NCBI GenBank assembly: GCA_044222475.1 | Contig: JBGANF010000003.1 | Coordinates: 32,001-96,000, forward strand | DNA length: 64,000 nucleotides | Source: Polyangiaceae bacterium | GTDB taxonomy: Bacteria; Myxococcota_A; Polyangia; Polyangiales; Polyangiaceae | Direction: 5' to 3' | In this document: positions 9,778 to 20,135 of the stretch, piece after piece | Layout of the letters: each line of letters starts with the position of its first letter | Numbering within the stretch: the first letter of the stretch is position 1 | The notes under the pieces: generated by a model | The model's database searches: none | Told to the model about the DNA's origin: nothing | The model's input: only the letters and a program-made list of their open reading frames with translations | Translations under genes and position numbers: made by a program

Positions 9778-11084
9778 GGCTCGCCTCGCTCTTCCTCGCG
9801 TGCGCCGCGATCGCGGTCGCAGCCCCGGCGGCGGCGGCGCCTCGGGAGCTCGGGCTCAACATCCACCAGTCGACGGACGTCGGGCCGGCGGTGACGCAGG
9901 CCGCGAACCTGAAGTGGGTGCGCATCGACGTGAACTGGTTCGACGCAGAAAAATCCAAAGGCGTCTACGACTGGACGATCTTGGACCAAGTCGTCGACGC
10001 CGCGAAGAACCGCGGACTGTCGGTGCTCGCGGTCCTCGCGTATACGCCGGCGTGGGCGTCGCAGGCCAACGTCGACGGCAAGGAGACGCTGAACGACGTC
10101 CCGAAAGCGGGCACGTATCCGGCGTTCGTGACGGCAGCGGTGACGCACTTCGCCGGCCGCGTGACCCACTACGAGATCTGGAACGAGCCCAATCTGGGAC
10201 AGTTCTTCGAGGGCACGCCGAAGGACTACACGGATCTCGTCCTGGTGCCGGGCGCCGACGCGGTGCATGCGGCATGTCCGAGCTGCAAGGTGGTGGCGCC
10301 CGGTCTCGCGTCGCTCGCGGTGTCGAAGTACGACGAGTGGCTCGACGCGTCGCTGGTCGCGGCGATGCCCAAGATCGACATCGTGAGCGGCCACGTCTAC
10401 GCCGGGTTCCCGCAAGACGGAGCCGCGGGAACGTCGGACAACTTCTACAACCGGCTCGAGAAGCACCGGATCATCAAGTTGGGCGACACCGTGGTCTTCG
10501 AAGGCCCGCGGTCGTTCAAGGAGGTGATGGACGCCCGCGGCGCGAAGCAGCCGTTCTGGCTCACCGAGACCGGCATCGAGGCGGCGCTCGGCGACGCGCC
10601 CAAGCTCGATCAGCAGACGCGCTTCTATCGGCGAGTGCTCGAGAGCATGCTCACGCGCGTGTGGTGGACGAACACCATCTTCTACGAGGCCTTCGACGAG
10701 AGCGTGGCACCGTACCGATTCGGGGTCGCGCTCCACGGGACCGGGGCGAGCTTTCAAGAGAAGCCGGTGATGGCGTTCCTGCGTCAGGCGACGGGCAAGC
10801 AGCTCCTCTTCGGGGGCAACGGCACCGACTGCGAAGACGGCCTCGACAACGAGGGCGACGGGCTCATCGACTTCCCCGCCGATCCCGACTGCACCAGCGC
10901 GAAGTCGACGAGCGAGGGCGCGCCGCCGATCGACGCGGGAGTCGACGACGCGGGAGACGCTGGAGATCCGGGTGTCCCAAATGGGGACGGCGGCGGCTGC
11001 AACGCCTCGGGCTCGAACGCGCTGCTGGGCCCGGCGGCCCTCACCTTCCTCGCGGCGCTGATCGCCCGGCGTCGCCGACGGTAG
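9774..11084 (+). CDS. Secreted clan GH-A glycoside hydrolase (GH5/GH39-like) with MYXO-CTERM-like tail
   Basis: ATGA overlap with the upstream gene; signal peptide; WVRID, YEIWNEPN (acid/base), WLTETG (nucleophile); GGGC + hydrophobic + RRRRR C-terminus. Confidence 0.85.
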   Translation: MRLASLFLACAAIAVAAPAAAAPRELGLNIHQSTDVGPAVTQAANLKWVRIDVNWFDAEKSKGVYDWTILDQVVDAAKNRGLSVLAVLAYTPAWASQANVDGKETLNDVPKAGTYPAFVTAAVTHFAGRVTHYEIWNEPNLGQFFEGTPKDYTDLVLVPGADAVHAACPSCKVVAPGLASLAVSKYDEWLDASLVAAMPKIDIVSGHVYAGFPQDGAAGTSDNFYNRLEKHRIIKLGDTVVFEGPRSFKEVMDARGAKQPFWLTETGIEAALGDAPKLDQQTRFYRRVLESMLTRVWWTNTIFYEAFDESVAPYRFGVALHGTGASFQEKPVMAFLRQATGKQLLFGGNGTDCEDGLDNEGDGLIDFPADPDCTSAKSTSEGAPPIDAGVDDAGDAGDPGVPNGDGGGCNASGSNALLGPAALTFLAALIARRRRR

Positions 11085-12191
11085 CTACCGGTCGCGGCGC
11101 CGCAGGAACTCCAGGTCGAGCTTCGTCTTCCCGTCGAGCGCGAGCTCCGCGAGGGACTCTCCAATCACCGACGCGAACTTGAAGCCGTGACCCGAGAACC
11201 CGGCCGCGAAGACGATGTCTTCGTGCCGGTCGACGATGAAGTGCTCGTCCGGCGTCATGGTGTAGAGGCACACCTTGCTCCGCGTCGGCATCGCTCCCAC
11301 GTCGCGCAGCGCACGCGCGGCGAACGCGGAGGTGCGCGCCGTGTCTTCGCCGTGGACGACGCGATCGACGGTGTCCGGGTCCACCTCGTCGTGGGCGGCG
11401 TGCTCGGCCACCTTGATCTCGCCGTTGATCCGCGGGAACCCGTAGAAGAAGCCGCGCGCGGTGTCGTACGCGAAGCAGGGCATCCCGGCGCTCGCCTCGT
11501 AGGCCTCGGGCGCGGCGAACCACGATTGGACGACGCGGTGCACGCGCAGCGGCAGACCGAACGACGAGAGGAGCTTCGTGGCCCACGGTCCGGCCGCGAC
11601 CACGAGCGTCTTCGCCTCGTAGGTCTGCGTCGCGGTGTCGACCCGGACCGAAGCGTGATCTTGGTGAACGGCGGTGACGGGCTCGCCGAAGACGAGGGTC
11701 GCGCCGGCGCGCTCCGCGGCGCGAGCGTGGGCTTCGACGCAGTGCTCGACCTCGAGCCAACCGGCGCCGGGCTCCCAGAGTGCGACGTCGCCGTCGTGGA
11801 TGACGAGCTGGGGGAACCGTGCGCGGGCGTCGGTGACGCTGACCTCCTCGGTCGCGATCGAGTACTTCGCCGCCACCGCCCGCGCGCGCTCGGTCGCTCC
11901 GGCTTCGCCGCGGTCGGACACGAGCAGGAGCCCGGTGCGGTGCAGGAGCGTGCGTCCCGCGTTCGCCGAGAGCTCGTCCCACAGGGCGTACGCCCGCTCG
12001 AGGAGCGGCACGTACGCCGGGCTCTCGAAGTACGCCTTTCGAATGAGCCGAGTCTCGCCGTGCGAGCTGCCGAGGTCGTGCGCCAGCGGGTACTGCTCGA
12101 TCCCGAGCACCTTCGCTCCGCGTCGCGCGAGGTGGTACGCGGCGGCGGAGCCCATGCCACCGAGGCCGATCACGATGACGTCGTGAGTCAC
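11085..12191 (-). CDS. solA: N-methyl-L-tryptophan oxidase / monomeric sarcosine oxidase family
   Basis: GLGGMG FAD motif, GSSHGETRLIR, CLYTMTPDEHF, GFSGHGFKF. Confidence 0.9.
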   Translation of the reverse strand: MTHDVIVIGLGGMGSAAAYHLARRGAKVLGIEQYPLAHDLGSSHGETRLIRKAYFESPAYVPLLERAYALWDELSANAGRTLLHRTGLLLVSDRGEAGATERARAVAAKYSIATEEVSVTDARARFPQLVIHDGDVALWEPGAGWLEVEHCVEAHARAAERAGATLVFGEPVTAVHQDHASVRVDTATQTYEAKTLVVAAGPWATKLLSSFGLPLRVHRVVQSWFAAPEAYEASAGMPCFAYDTARGFFYGFPRINGEIKVAEHAAHDEVDPDTVDRVVHGEDTARTSAFAARALRDVGAMPTRSKVCLYTMTPDEHFIVDRHEDIVFAAGFSGHGFKFASVIGESLAELALDGKTKLDLEFLRRRDR

Positions 12192-12210
12192 CGCACCAGC
12201 CTAGCAGGAG

Positions 12211-13764
12211 TCAGTGCGCTCCCTGAACTTCCACGCCGGCCTTCGGCTTCCGGAGCAGGAGAACGAGCACGATCCCGAGCGCCATCGCGGCGGCGACGAT
12301 GCGAAAGCCGTCCTCGAAGCTGAGGATCATGGCCTGCTTCGTCACCTTGAGCTGGAGGATCCGCTCGGCGACGCCGTCGGGCGTGTAGGTCTGCGACCCG
12401 ACGCCGGCGCGGAGCATCGCCTGCTGGTCTTGAGCCACCGAGTCGTAGCTCGACACGTGCTCGGCGAGGTACGAGCTCCGCTCCTTGATCCCATCGGTCA
12501 CGAGCATCCCCATCACCGCCGTGCCGATCGATCCGCCGAGCTCGCGCGTCAGGTTGAACAACCCGGTGGCGTTGCCGCGCTTCTCCGGCGAGATGTCGGA
12601 CAGCGCGAGGACGCTCACCGGGATGAACACGAAGCCGAGGCCGAACGACCGAATCATGTTCGGCTTCACTTGGTCCCAGAAGCTGACGTCGCCGGTGAGG
12701 TGCGACGCGACGATCTGGCTCGCGACCACCACGGCCACGCCGATGAAGAGCAGATACCGGCCGTCGACCTTGGGCGCCATGCGTCCGACCAGCGGCATCA
12801 TGATCACGCTGACCGAGCCGGCAGCGAGGAAGACCTCGCCGGTGTCGAGCGCGCTCTGCCGCAAGACCGCGCCGCAGAAGAGCGAGAAGAGGTAGCTCCC
12901 GCTGAAGAGCGCAAACCCGGTCAGGAAGTTGAGCCCGGTACCGGCCGCGTAGCTGCGGTTCGCGAACACGCGAAGGTCGACCACCGGGTGGTCGGCCTCG
13001 AGCTCGTGGACGATGAACGTGATCAGGCTGATCGCGGCGACGGCGGAGAGGACGATGATCGCCTTGCTCTCGAACCACCCCTCGCGGTTGCCCTCTTCGA
13101 GCACGTACTGCAGCGCGGGCATGCCCACCGCGAGGAGGACGATGCCGAACACGTCGACCTTCGCCTCGTCGCCCTTCGGCGGTGCGAACGTCGGCTGGTC
13201 GACGAACCGCAGCGTCAGGAACGCCGCAAGGAGGCCGATGGGGACGTTGACGAGGAAGATCCAATGCCAGGAGAGCGCGTCGATGAGGTACCCGCCGATC
13301 GTCGGGCCGAGGAGCGGGCCGGTGATCGCGCCGAGCCCGAAGAGGCCGGCGGCCATCCCGTGCTCGTGCTTGGGGTAACGCGCGAAGAGGATGCTCTGCG
13401 CCGTCGGGATGATCGCGCCGCCGCCGAGCCCCTGGAGCACCCGGAAGAGGACGAGCGACGGAAGGTTCCACGCGAGCCCGCACAGCGCGCTCGCCACGGT
13501 GAAGACGAGGATCGACGTCGCGAAGTAGCGCTTGTAGCCGAACCGCCGCTGGAACCACCCGGTCATCGGGATGATGACGATGTTCGCCATCATGTAGCCG
13601 GTGGAGACCCAGCCGATCTGATCGATCGGAGTACCGAACGAGGCGCGGATGTCGGTGAGGGCGACGTTGACGATGGTGATGTCGACCATCGCCATCAGCG
13701 TCGCGACCATCACCACCGCGGTGATGGCCGCTTTGCTGCCGCGAATCTCGGCGGGCGCTTCCAT
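12211..13764 (-). CDS. emrB: DHA2 family MFS efflux permease (EmrB-like)
   Basis: DITIVNVAL, WVSTGY, GPLLGPTIGG, WHWIFLVNVPIG; about 14 TM. Start at MEAPAE. Confidence 0.9.
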   Translation of the reverse strand: MEAPAEIRGSKAAITAVVMVATLMAMVDITIVNVALTDIRASFGTPIDQIGWVSTGYMMANIVIIPMTGWFQRRFGYKRYFATSILVFTVASALCGLAWNLPSLVLFRVLQGLGGGAIIPTAQSILFARYPKHEHGMAAGLFGLGAITGPLLGPTIGGYLIDALSWHWIFLVNVPIGLLAAFLTLRFVDQPTFAPPKGDEAKVDVFGIVLLAVGMPALQYVLEEGNREGWFESKAIIVLSAVAAISLITFIVHELEADHPVVDLRVFANRSYAAGTGLNFLTGFALFSGSYLFSLFCGAVLRQSALDTGEVFLAAGSVSVIMMPLVGRMAPKVDGRYLLFIGVAVVVASQIVASHLTGDVSFWDQVKPNMIRSFGLGFVFIPVSVLALSDISPEKRGNATGLFNLTRELGGSIGTAVMGMLVTDGIKERSSYLAEHVSSYDSVAQDQQAMLRAGVGSQTYTPDGVAERILQLKVTKQAMILSFEDGFRIVAAAMALGIVLVLLLRKPKAGVEVQGAH

Positions 13765-13766
13765 GG

Positions 13767-15017
13767 CTACTTGGTGCTCACGGTCACGGTGGCGCTCATG
13801 CCGGGGCGCAGCGTGACGTCCGGCGGCGCGTCGAAGCGGACGAGCACGGGCACGCGCTGCACGACCTTGGTGAAGTTGCCCGACGCGTTGTCCGGCGGGA
13901 GGAGCGAGAACCGCGAGCCGGTGCCCGCCGCGAGGCTGTCGACGTGTCCCACGAAGGTACGACCGCCCCAGCCGTCGATCTTCACCTTCACGGGTTGGCC
14001 GACCTTCATCTCGGCGATCTGGTCTTCCTTGAAGTTCGCGACGACCCACGTGTCGTCGAGGGGGACGAGCGCGAGGAGCGGACGCTCCGGGCTCACGTTC
14101 TGGCCGATCTCCACGGTGCGGCGGGTCACCACCCCGCTGACCTGCGCCTTGACCTGGGTGTAGCCCACGGCGAGCTCGGCGCCGTCGAGCGCGGCCTTCG
14201 ATTGCGCGACCCTCGCCTCGGCGAGCTCGACCTGCGCCGTCGCGGCTTCGATCTGGTCCGGCGCCATCTGGGCCGAGAGGAGGCGGCCGCGGGCGGCCTC
14301 GATCGTGCCGGCCGTGTTCGTGACGTTCGCCTTCGCCGAGGCGAGGCGGGCTTGGGCCTGCGCGACGGCCGCGTCGGCTTGGTCGAGCGCGGACCGGCGA
14401 GTGTCCCAGTCGGCTTGGGTGGTGACCTTCTGCGCGAAGAGGTGATCGACGCGGTCGAAGTCGGCCGACGCGAGATCGCGGCGCGTCTTGGCGGCGCGCA
14501 GGTCCGCTTCGGCCTGGTCGATGCTCGCTTGCGTCGTGCCGGCGAGCGCCGCCGCTTGCGACACCCCGCCGCGCGCGACGACGAGGTTCGAGTCGGTCGT
14601 CTTGTGCGTGACCGCGAGCTGAGTCCGCGCGGCGTGAAGCGACGCGAGCGCGGCGGCGTAGTCCGCGCGCGCGGCGGCGAGCTTCACTTGGTAGTCGCGG
14701 TCGTCGAGCTGCACGAGGACGTCGCCCGCGTGGACCATCTGGTTGTCGGTGACGAGGACCTCTTTCACCTGACCCGCGACGCGGGGCGCGACGTTGGCGA
14801 CGTGGCCTTCGACCTGCGCGTCGTCGGTGGTCTCGACGCCGCGCGTCTGCGACCACGCGACGCCGCCGGCCAGGGCCGCGAGCCCGACGAGGACCGGGAG
14901 GACGATTGTCGCGATCCGACGCTTCGGCGAGGCGGGCTTGATCGCGGGGGCGTCCGCCTCGCGGTGGTCGTCGGTGTGGCGCTGAAGCGCGGAGGTGGGG
15001 GCAGCGAGGGTGGCCAT
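13767..15017 (-). CDS. emrA: HlyD/EmrA family membrane fusion protein
   Basis: TTDDAQV, VANFKEDQ, TGSRFSLLPPDNASGNFTKVVQRVPV, LRPGMS. Confidence 0.92.
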   Translation of the reverse strand: MATLAAPTSALQRHTDDHREADAPAIKPASPKRRIATIVLPVLVGLAALAGGVAWSQTRGVETTDDAQVEGHVANVAPRVAGQVKEVLVTDNQMVHAGDVLVQLDDRDYQVKLAAARADYAAALASLHAARTQLAVTHKTTDSNLVVARGGVSQAAALAGTTQASIDQAEADLRAAKTRRDLASADFDRVDHLFAQKVTTQADWDTRRSALDQADAAVAQAQARLASAKANVTNTAGTIEAARGRLLSAQMAPDQIEAATAQVELAEARVAQSKAALDGAELAVGYTQVKAQVSGVVTRRTVEIGQNVSPERPLLALVPLDDTWVVANFKEDQIAEMKVGQPVKVKIDGWGGRTFVGHVDSLAAGTGSRFSLLPPDNASGNFTKVVQRVPVLVRFDAPPDVTLRPGMSATVTVSTK

Positions 15018-15029
15018 ACCCCCGCGCAA

Positions 15030-15045
15030 TGCATCTCCCATGCCC
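15030..15045 (-). promoter_or_regulatory. Putative sigma54 (-24/-12) promoter for emrAB
   Basis: Minus strand GGGCATGGGAGATGCA = GG-N10-GC, resembling TGGCACG-N4-TTGCW; adjacent to a sigma54 activator gene. Confidence 0.6.
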
Positions 15046-15114
15046 ACCCGGAAGAAAATCATCCTTAGTACTTTTAACCATTTATCGATGTCCGAAGCCC
15101 GACATGTTGAACGA

Positions 15115-15168
15115 ATGGAAGACATGGTATACCGTGGATGCATACCAATTGGACCACATGGAAGACAT
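15115..15168. promoter_or_regulatory. Candidate operator/enhancer: ATGGAAGACAT direct repeat flanking TGGTAT-N11-ATACCA inverted repeat
   Basis: Direct repeats at 15115-15125 and 15158-15168; inverted repeat at 15125-15147; AT-rich intergenic region. Confidence 0.45.
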
Positions 15169-17992
15169 CCATTCCATCACCCCGGCCACCATCCGAGCCC
15201 TCCGCGGGAACGTTAGCCGGCAAGCGTTCGCCGCGCGGGTCGGGGTGACCGCCAACACGGTCTACCGATGGGAGCTCCCCGCACACGCGACGGAAGCCCG
15301 ACGACCGCGCGGGGCCGCGCTGGCTCGTTTGCTGTCACTCGGTGGCTCGGAGGCGCCGGCTCCCCCGAGCGAGGCGGCGCTCACCGATGCCATCGCCACG
15401 GTGCATCGCTCTCTCGGGAAGGACTTCGCGCAGGGCGAGGACGACCTGTTTCGCGCGTCGACGAACGACGCGCGCGCCATCAGCACGGACGCACGGGCGG
15501 TGCTCGCCGCCGGCTCCGCCATCGTCGAGACCCTGCTCCACTCGCGGGCGCGCAGCGCGATGCTCGTCCTCGCACCCGCACTGGCCGACGCGGAGGCGGG
15601 GCGGCTCACCCCCCGCGCGGCGGCCTGGGTCCACGCCGCCGCAGCGCAGCTCCACGCGATGCCGGACGGTCGTGCGTTCGACGTCGGTCGCGTGCACGCG
15701 CACGCGCGGCGCGCGGAGGAGCTGGCTGGACGCGACGCCGACGTCGCGCGCTGGCTCGGCGCCCACGCGACGTTCCATGCGGCGATGCAGCTCGCCGACG
15801 ACGACTTCGTCGCGCGCGCGCTGCAACGCCTCGACGAGATCAACGTCGACCTGCCGTTCGTCCTCGCGCTCCACCGCGACGAGTCTCGCGCGATCACGAC
15901 GATGCTCGCGGGGCAGACCGCGGCCGCGCGCGCCGCGCTCACCGAGATCGCCGGTGCCGCGCACTCCGCGAACCTCGCCGTCGTCGAAGCGCGCGCGCTG
16001 CGTCTGCTCGCGCAGCGGCAGCTCGACGATCGGGAGCGGCCCGAAGCGGTCCTCGAGATCGCGGAGCGCGTGCGAGAGCTCGCGGCGCGCGCGCGCCTCG
16101 GTCCGGGAGCCCACACCACGTTCGGAGCGCGCGCCCGTGCCGAGGCGCAGCTTCGCCTCGGGCGCATCGACGACGTGTCCCGCACCTTTCGCGAGCTCGA
16201 CGCCGAAATGGAGACGGTTCGGTTCCCGCCGGTCGCCGCGGTGCCGACGCGAGTGCGCGCGCTGTTCTTGACCGGGCGGCAAGAGGACATCCCTCGCCTC
16301 GCAGCCGAGATCCGCGGCGCCGCCGTGACGTCGATGCACGGCGCGTGCGACGCGTTCGCGTCGTGGGCCGATGCGATGCACGCGCTCGCCACCGACGAAG
16401 ACGGCGACCTCACCATCGAGCGCTTCCGCGACGCCGAACGGAAGTCGTCGCGCTGGAACTTTCTTCTGCGGGACGTGCTCGTGTTCGGCTCGACCGCGCA
16501 CATCATCTACGGCTCCGAGAGTGACGCCGCAGCCGCGATCCGACGGGCCCAGCGCTTCCTCGACCGTTTCCCCTCGCCTTGGTGCGCGGCTCACCTGCGG
16601 CGGCTCGAAGGGACGATGCTCGCCGCGCGCGGGCACACGGTGACGGGGCGACCGCTGCTCGAAGCCGCGATCGCCACGTTCGAGCTCGCAGGCGATCGAC
16701 CCGACGAAGCGCTCGCGCGCCACACGCTCGCCGCAATTGCGTGCGGTCTACAAGAACCCGACGCCGATGCGAGGGTGGCGGAGACGGGGCGCGCGATCAC
16801 GGCGCTCGGCTTGGTGGAGCCGATCGGCATCCGTCGCGGGGTCGAGCGCATTCGGGCCGCGCGCTCGCGGCTTGCGCCGTCTTCGGGTGAGAGCGAGATG
16901 CCGGCGGGCCGGCTCGTCGTGCCGATGCAGCGCCTCGCGGTGCGCGGGATGACGTCGGACATGGTGCTGCGCGAGCTCGCGGTGGTGCTCGAAGAGCTGC
17001 TCTCGAAGCGCGCGGTGCGGGTCGAGGAGATCGGCGTCGAGGGCACGCCGAACGAGCCCGGTGGCTTCGAGTGGGCCGAGTTCGGCGACGGCGGCGGCAG
17101 ACGGCTTCGGGTCGGCGCGCCGGGGCCGCTCAGCGAAGGCGAGCTGTCGGCGCTGACGATCCTGGCGACGATGGCCGGCCTCGCGCTCGCCTCGACGCCG
17201 AGCGCGGCGTCCGCGGGCTCGCGATCGGGTGATGCGGGAGCGCACCCCGAGATCGCCGGCTTCGTCGGAGCGTCGAGCGCGGCGAAGAAGCTCCGCGCCG
17301 AGGTTTCGCGGCTCGCTCGCGCTCGGGCGACGGTCGTCATCGCTGGCGAGTCGGGCACGGGCAAGGAGCTCGTCGCGCGCGCGCTGCACGATGCGTCGCC
17401 TCGATCGGCGGCGCCGTACGTCGCGTTCAACTGCGCGACGGTCCCGCGCGATCTGTTCGAGGGTCAGCTCTTCGGTTACCGGCGCGGCGCGTTCACCGGA
17501 GCGACGAGCGATCACGCCGGCGTGCTTCGCGCGGCCGACGGGGGGACGATCTTCCTCGACGAGATTGGCGAGTTGCCGCTCGACGTGCAGCCCAAGCTGC
17601 TGCGTTTCCTCGAGAACGCCGAGGTGTTCCCGCTGGGCGAGAAGCGGCCAACGCGGGTCGACGTGCGGGTCGTCTGCGCGACGCACCGCGACCTCGGTGA
17701 GCTGGTGCGCCAGGGGCAGTTTCGAGAGGACCTCTACTACCGGCTCGCGGTGATCACGCTGGACGTTCCGCCGCTGCGGCGTCGCGCGGAGGACGTCGCG
17801 CCGATCGCGAGGCACTTCCTGCGAGTGGTGTCGGCGCCGGCGGATCCGCCGATCCTGGCGCCCGATGCGCTGCGGCGGCTGGAGGCGCACCCCTGGCCGG
17901 GCAACGTGCGAGAGCTGCGCAACGTGATCGAGCGGACGCTGGCGTTCGCGGGGCCGACGAGGGTCGTGACCGCGGGGATGCTTCGGATGTGA
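15158..17992 (+). CDS. Sigma54-dependent activator with N-terminal XRE-type HTH and TPR-like middle region
   Basis: [67 protein letters not shown]. Confidence 0.9.
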   Translation: MEDIHSITPATIRALRGNVSRQAFAARVGVTANTVYRWELPAHATEARRPRGAALARLLSLGGSEAPAPPSEAALTDAIATVHRSLGKDFAQGEDDLFRASTNDARAISTDARAVLAAGSAIVETLLHSRARSAMLVLAPALADAEAGRLTPRAAAWVHAAAAQLHAMPDGRAFDVGRVHAHARRAEELAGRDADVARWLGAHATFHAAMQLADDDFVARALQRLDEINVDLPFVLALHRDESRAITTMLAGQTAAARAALTEIAGAAHSANLAVVEARALRLLAQRQLDDRERPEAVLEIAERVRELAARARLGPGAHTTFGARARAEAQLRLGRIDDVSRTFRELDAEMETVRFPPVAAVPTRVRALFLTGRQEDIPRLAAEIRGAAVTSMHGACDAFASWADAMHALATDEDGDLTIERFRDAERKSSRWNFLLRDVLVFGSTAHIIYGSESDAAAAIRRAQRFLDRFPSPWCAAHLRRLEGTMLAARGHTVTGRPLLEAAIATFELAGDRPDEALARHTLAAIACGLQEPDADARVAETGRAITALGLVEPIGIRRGVERIRAARSRLAPSSGESEMPAGRLVVPMQRLAVRGMTSDMVLRELAVVLEELLSKRAVRVEEIGVEGTPNEPGGFEWAEFGDGGGRRLRVGAPGPLSEGELSALTILATMAGLALASTPSAASAGSRSGDAGAHPEIAGFVGASSAAKKLRAEVSRLARARATVVIAGESGTGKELVARALHDASPRSAAPYVAFNCATVPRDLFEGQLFGYRRGAFTGATSDHAGVLRAADGGTIFLDEIGELPLDVQPKLLRFLENAEVFPLGEKRPTRVDVRVVCATHRDLGELVRQGQFREDLYYRLAVITLDVPPLRRRAEDVAPIARHFLRVVSAPADPPILAPDALRRLEAHPWPGNVRELRNVIERTLAFAGPTRVVTAGMLRM

Positions 17993-17996
17993 CGGC

Positions 17997-18800
17997 TCAG
18001 ATCTCCGTGAGGATCGTCGTCAAGATGTAGTCTGCACAGAAGACCACGACGATGCTCGCGACGACGGCTTTGGCCGTCGCCTCTCCGACTCCTCGCGCTC
18101 CGCCCGACGCGTGGAAGCCCTTCTTGCAGCAGATCACGCTCACGAGAAGACCGAACACCGTCGCCTTGATGAGGCACATCCGGATGTCCGACGTCTGGAT
18201 GAACTGCTGCACCTTGTCGAAGAAGAGACCGGGGTCGAGCCCCTGCCACAACACCGCCACGACGTACGCGCCGCCCATCCCCGCGATGCCGAACACGAGC
18301 GCGAGCATCGGCGTGACCACGACGCTCGCGAGCACGCGAGGCACCACCAGGTACTGCACGGGGTTCACGCCCATCGTCGTGATGGCGTCGATCTGCTCGG
18401 TCACGCGCATGTTGCCGAGCTCGCTCGCCATCGTGCTCCCCGCGCGCGCGGTGATGACGACCGCGGCGAGCACCGGCGCGAGCTCGCGCGCGAGCGCGAT
18501 GGCGACGACGCCGCCGACCATGTTCTCGGCCGAGAACTGGCGGAAGCCGACGATCGTGCTGACCGTGAACGCCATGCCGGTGAAGAGCCCGACGAGCGCG
18601 ACGATGAACGTCGACCCGGCGCCGATGAAGTCGAACGCAGAGAGGAACTGCGCGAACCGGAACGGCGGACGAATCGCCCACGTGAGCGTCTGCAGGAACA
18701 ACGTGAGCGTGCCGCCGAAGTCGTCGAGGACGTCGAGCACTGGACCGAAGATCGTGGCGAGGACCGACGAGAAGCTTCGGCGCTCGCCTTCGTCCGTCAT
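17997..18800 (-). CDS. mlaE: MlaE family ABC permease
   Basis: RELAPVL, AGSTMASELGNMRVTEQIDA, YLVVPR, GARGVGEAT. Start may be 18824. Confidence 0.93.
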   Translation of the reverse strand: MTDEGERRSFSSVLATIFGPVLDVLDDFGGTLTLFLQTLTWAIRPPFRFAQFLSAFDFIGAGSTFIVALVGLFTGMAFTVSTIVGFRQFSAENMVGGVVAIALARELAPVLAAVVITARAGSTMASELGNMRVTEQIDAITTMGVNPVQYLVVPRVLASVVVTPMLALVFGIAGMGGAYVVAVLWQGLDPGLFFDKVQQFIQTSDIRMCLIKATVFGLLVSVICCKKGFHASGGARGVGEATAKAVVASIVVVFCADYILTTILTEI

Positions 18801-18843
18801 GCCGAGATCCGCCCTCTGAACCACCGTGCAACCTTAGCAGGTG

Positions 18844-20073
18844 TCACGGCTCACGATAAAATCGTGGGACGCGACGCGAGATCGCGCAGAGCACCTCCCA
18901 CGGGATGGTGTGCTGGTGCTCCGCGACCTCGTCGGGGGTGATGCAGTCCTTGCCGAGGGCGCCCTCTTGCGGGCCGAGGAAGACGGCCTCGTCGCGGAGC
19001 TGCACTCCGGCGATGTCGGTCACGTCGATCATCGTCATGTCCATCGACACGGCGCCGACGATCGGCGCGCGCTTGCCGCGGATGAGGGCGTGTCCCTTGT
19101 TGGTGAGATGGCGCGAGAGGCCGTCGGCGTAGCCCATGGGGATCGTCGCGATGGTCGACGTTCGCGACGCGCGCCAGAGCGCGCCGTAGCCGACGGGCGC
19201 GCCGGGCGCGATCTCGCGCAGCGCGACGATCTCCGAGCGCACGCGCATCACCGGGTGAAGCTCGAGGCGCGACGCGGGCTCGCCCTCGGCCTTGGCTTTG
19301 GGCGCGACGCCGAAGAGCGCGACGCCGGGTCGAACTGCGTCGAGGCGTGCTTGCTCGCGGAGGAGCGCGGCGGTGTTCGCCGCGTGACGCACCTGCGGGC
19401 GAACGCCGAAGCGCGCGAGGAGCGCGGTCGCCTCGTCGAAGCGGACCATCTGTTCCGTCGTCTCGGCGTCGGTCGGGGCGTCGGCGCAGGCGAGGTGCGT
19501 CATGAGGCCGGTGATCTTCACCTCGGGAAATTCGTCGAGCTTCTCGGCGAACTTCGCGAGGTCCTTCATGGTGACGCCGAGGCGCGCCATCCCGGTGTCG
19601 ACCTTGAGGTGGACGGCGACCGGCGACGACACGCTGCCCGCGCGCGCGAGGCGCGCGAAGCCTTCGACCTGAGCGAGATCGTAGACGACGGGCACGAGCT
19701 TGCGCGCGAGCACCTCCTCGTGAGAGCCGCCGTAGTAGCCGCCCATCACGAGGATGGGCGCCACGATGCCGGCCTCTCGGAGCTCGACGCCTTCCTCCAA
19801 GAGAGCGACGCAGAACCCGTCGGCTCCGGCGCGCTCGAGCGTACGGGCGACCGCGGGCGCGCCGTGACCGTAGCCGTCGGCCTTCAAGACGGCCCACACC
19901 TTCGCGCCGCCGGCGTGGCGCTTCAGCGCGCGCAGGTTGAGACGGAGGGCTTCGAGGTTCACCTCGGCGCGGGTCGGTCGAACGGCGTCGGCCGGCGCAG
20001 CGCGGCGCGGGCGCAGGACGCGCGGAGTCGACGGGGGAGCCGGGGGAACGGGCGGGACCGGGGTGTTCGCCAC
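18844..20073 (-). CDS. alr: Alanine racemase
   Basis: AVLKADGYGHG (PLP Lys), KVDTGMARLG, VGYG, GYADG, VSMD. Confidence 0.97.
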   Translation of the reverse strand: MANTPVPPVPPAPPSTPRVLRPRRAAPADAVRPTRAEVNLEALRLNLRALKRHAGGAKVWAVLKADGYGHGAPAVARTLERAGADGFCVALLEEGVELREAGIVAPILVMGGYYGGSHEEVLARKLVPVVYDLAQVEGFARLARAGSVSSPVAVHLKVDTGMARLGVTMKDLAKFAEKLDEFPEVKITGLMTHLACADAPTDAETTEQMVRFDEATALLARFGVRPQVRHAANTAALLREQARLDAVRPGVALFGVAPKAKAEGEPASRLELHPVMRVRSEIVALREIAPGAPVGYGALWRASRTSTIATIPMGYADGLSRHLTNKGHALIRGKRAPIVGAVSMDMTMIDVTDIAGVQLRDEAVFLGPQEGALGKDCITPDEVAEHQHTIPWEVLCAISRRVPRFYREP

Positions 20074-20135
20074 GGCGTCTATATGCCGCGACGCGCCGCG
20101 ACAAGGAAGGGAAAATCCATCCTAACCTCGTCGGC

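Noticed and set aside
12211..15081. Apparent 956-aa EmrB fusion ORF
   Set aside because: The N-terminal part is an off-frame read of emrA; EmrB starts at 13764. No sign of a programmed frameshift.
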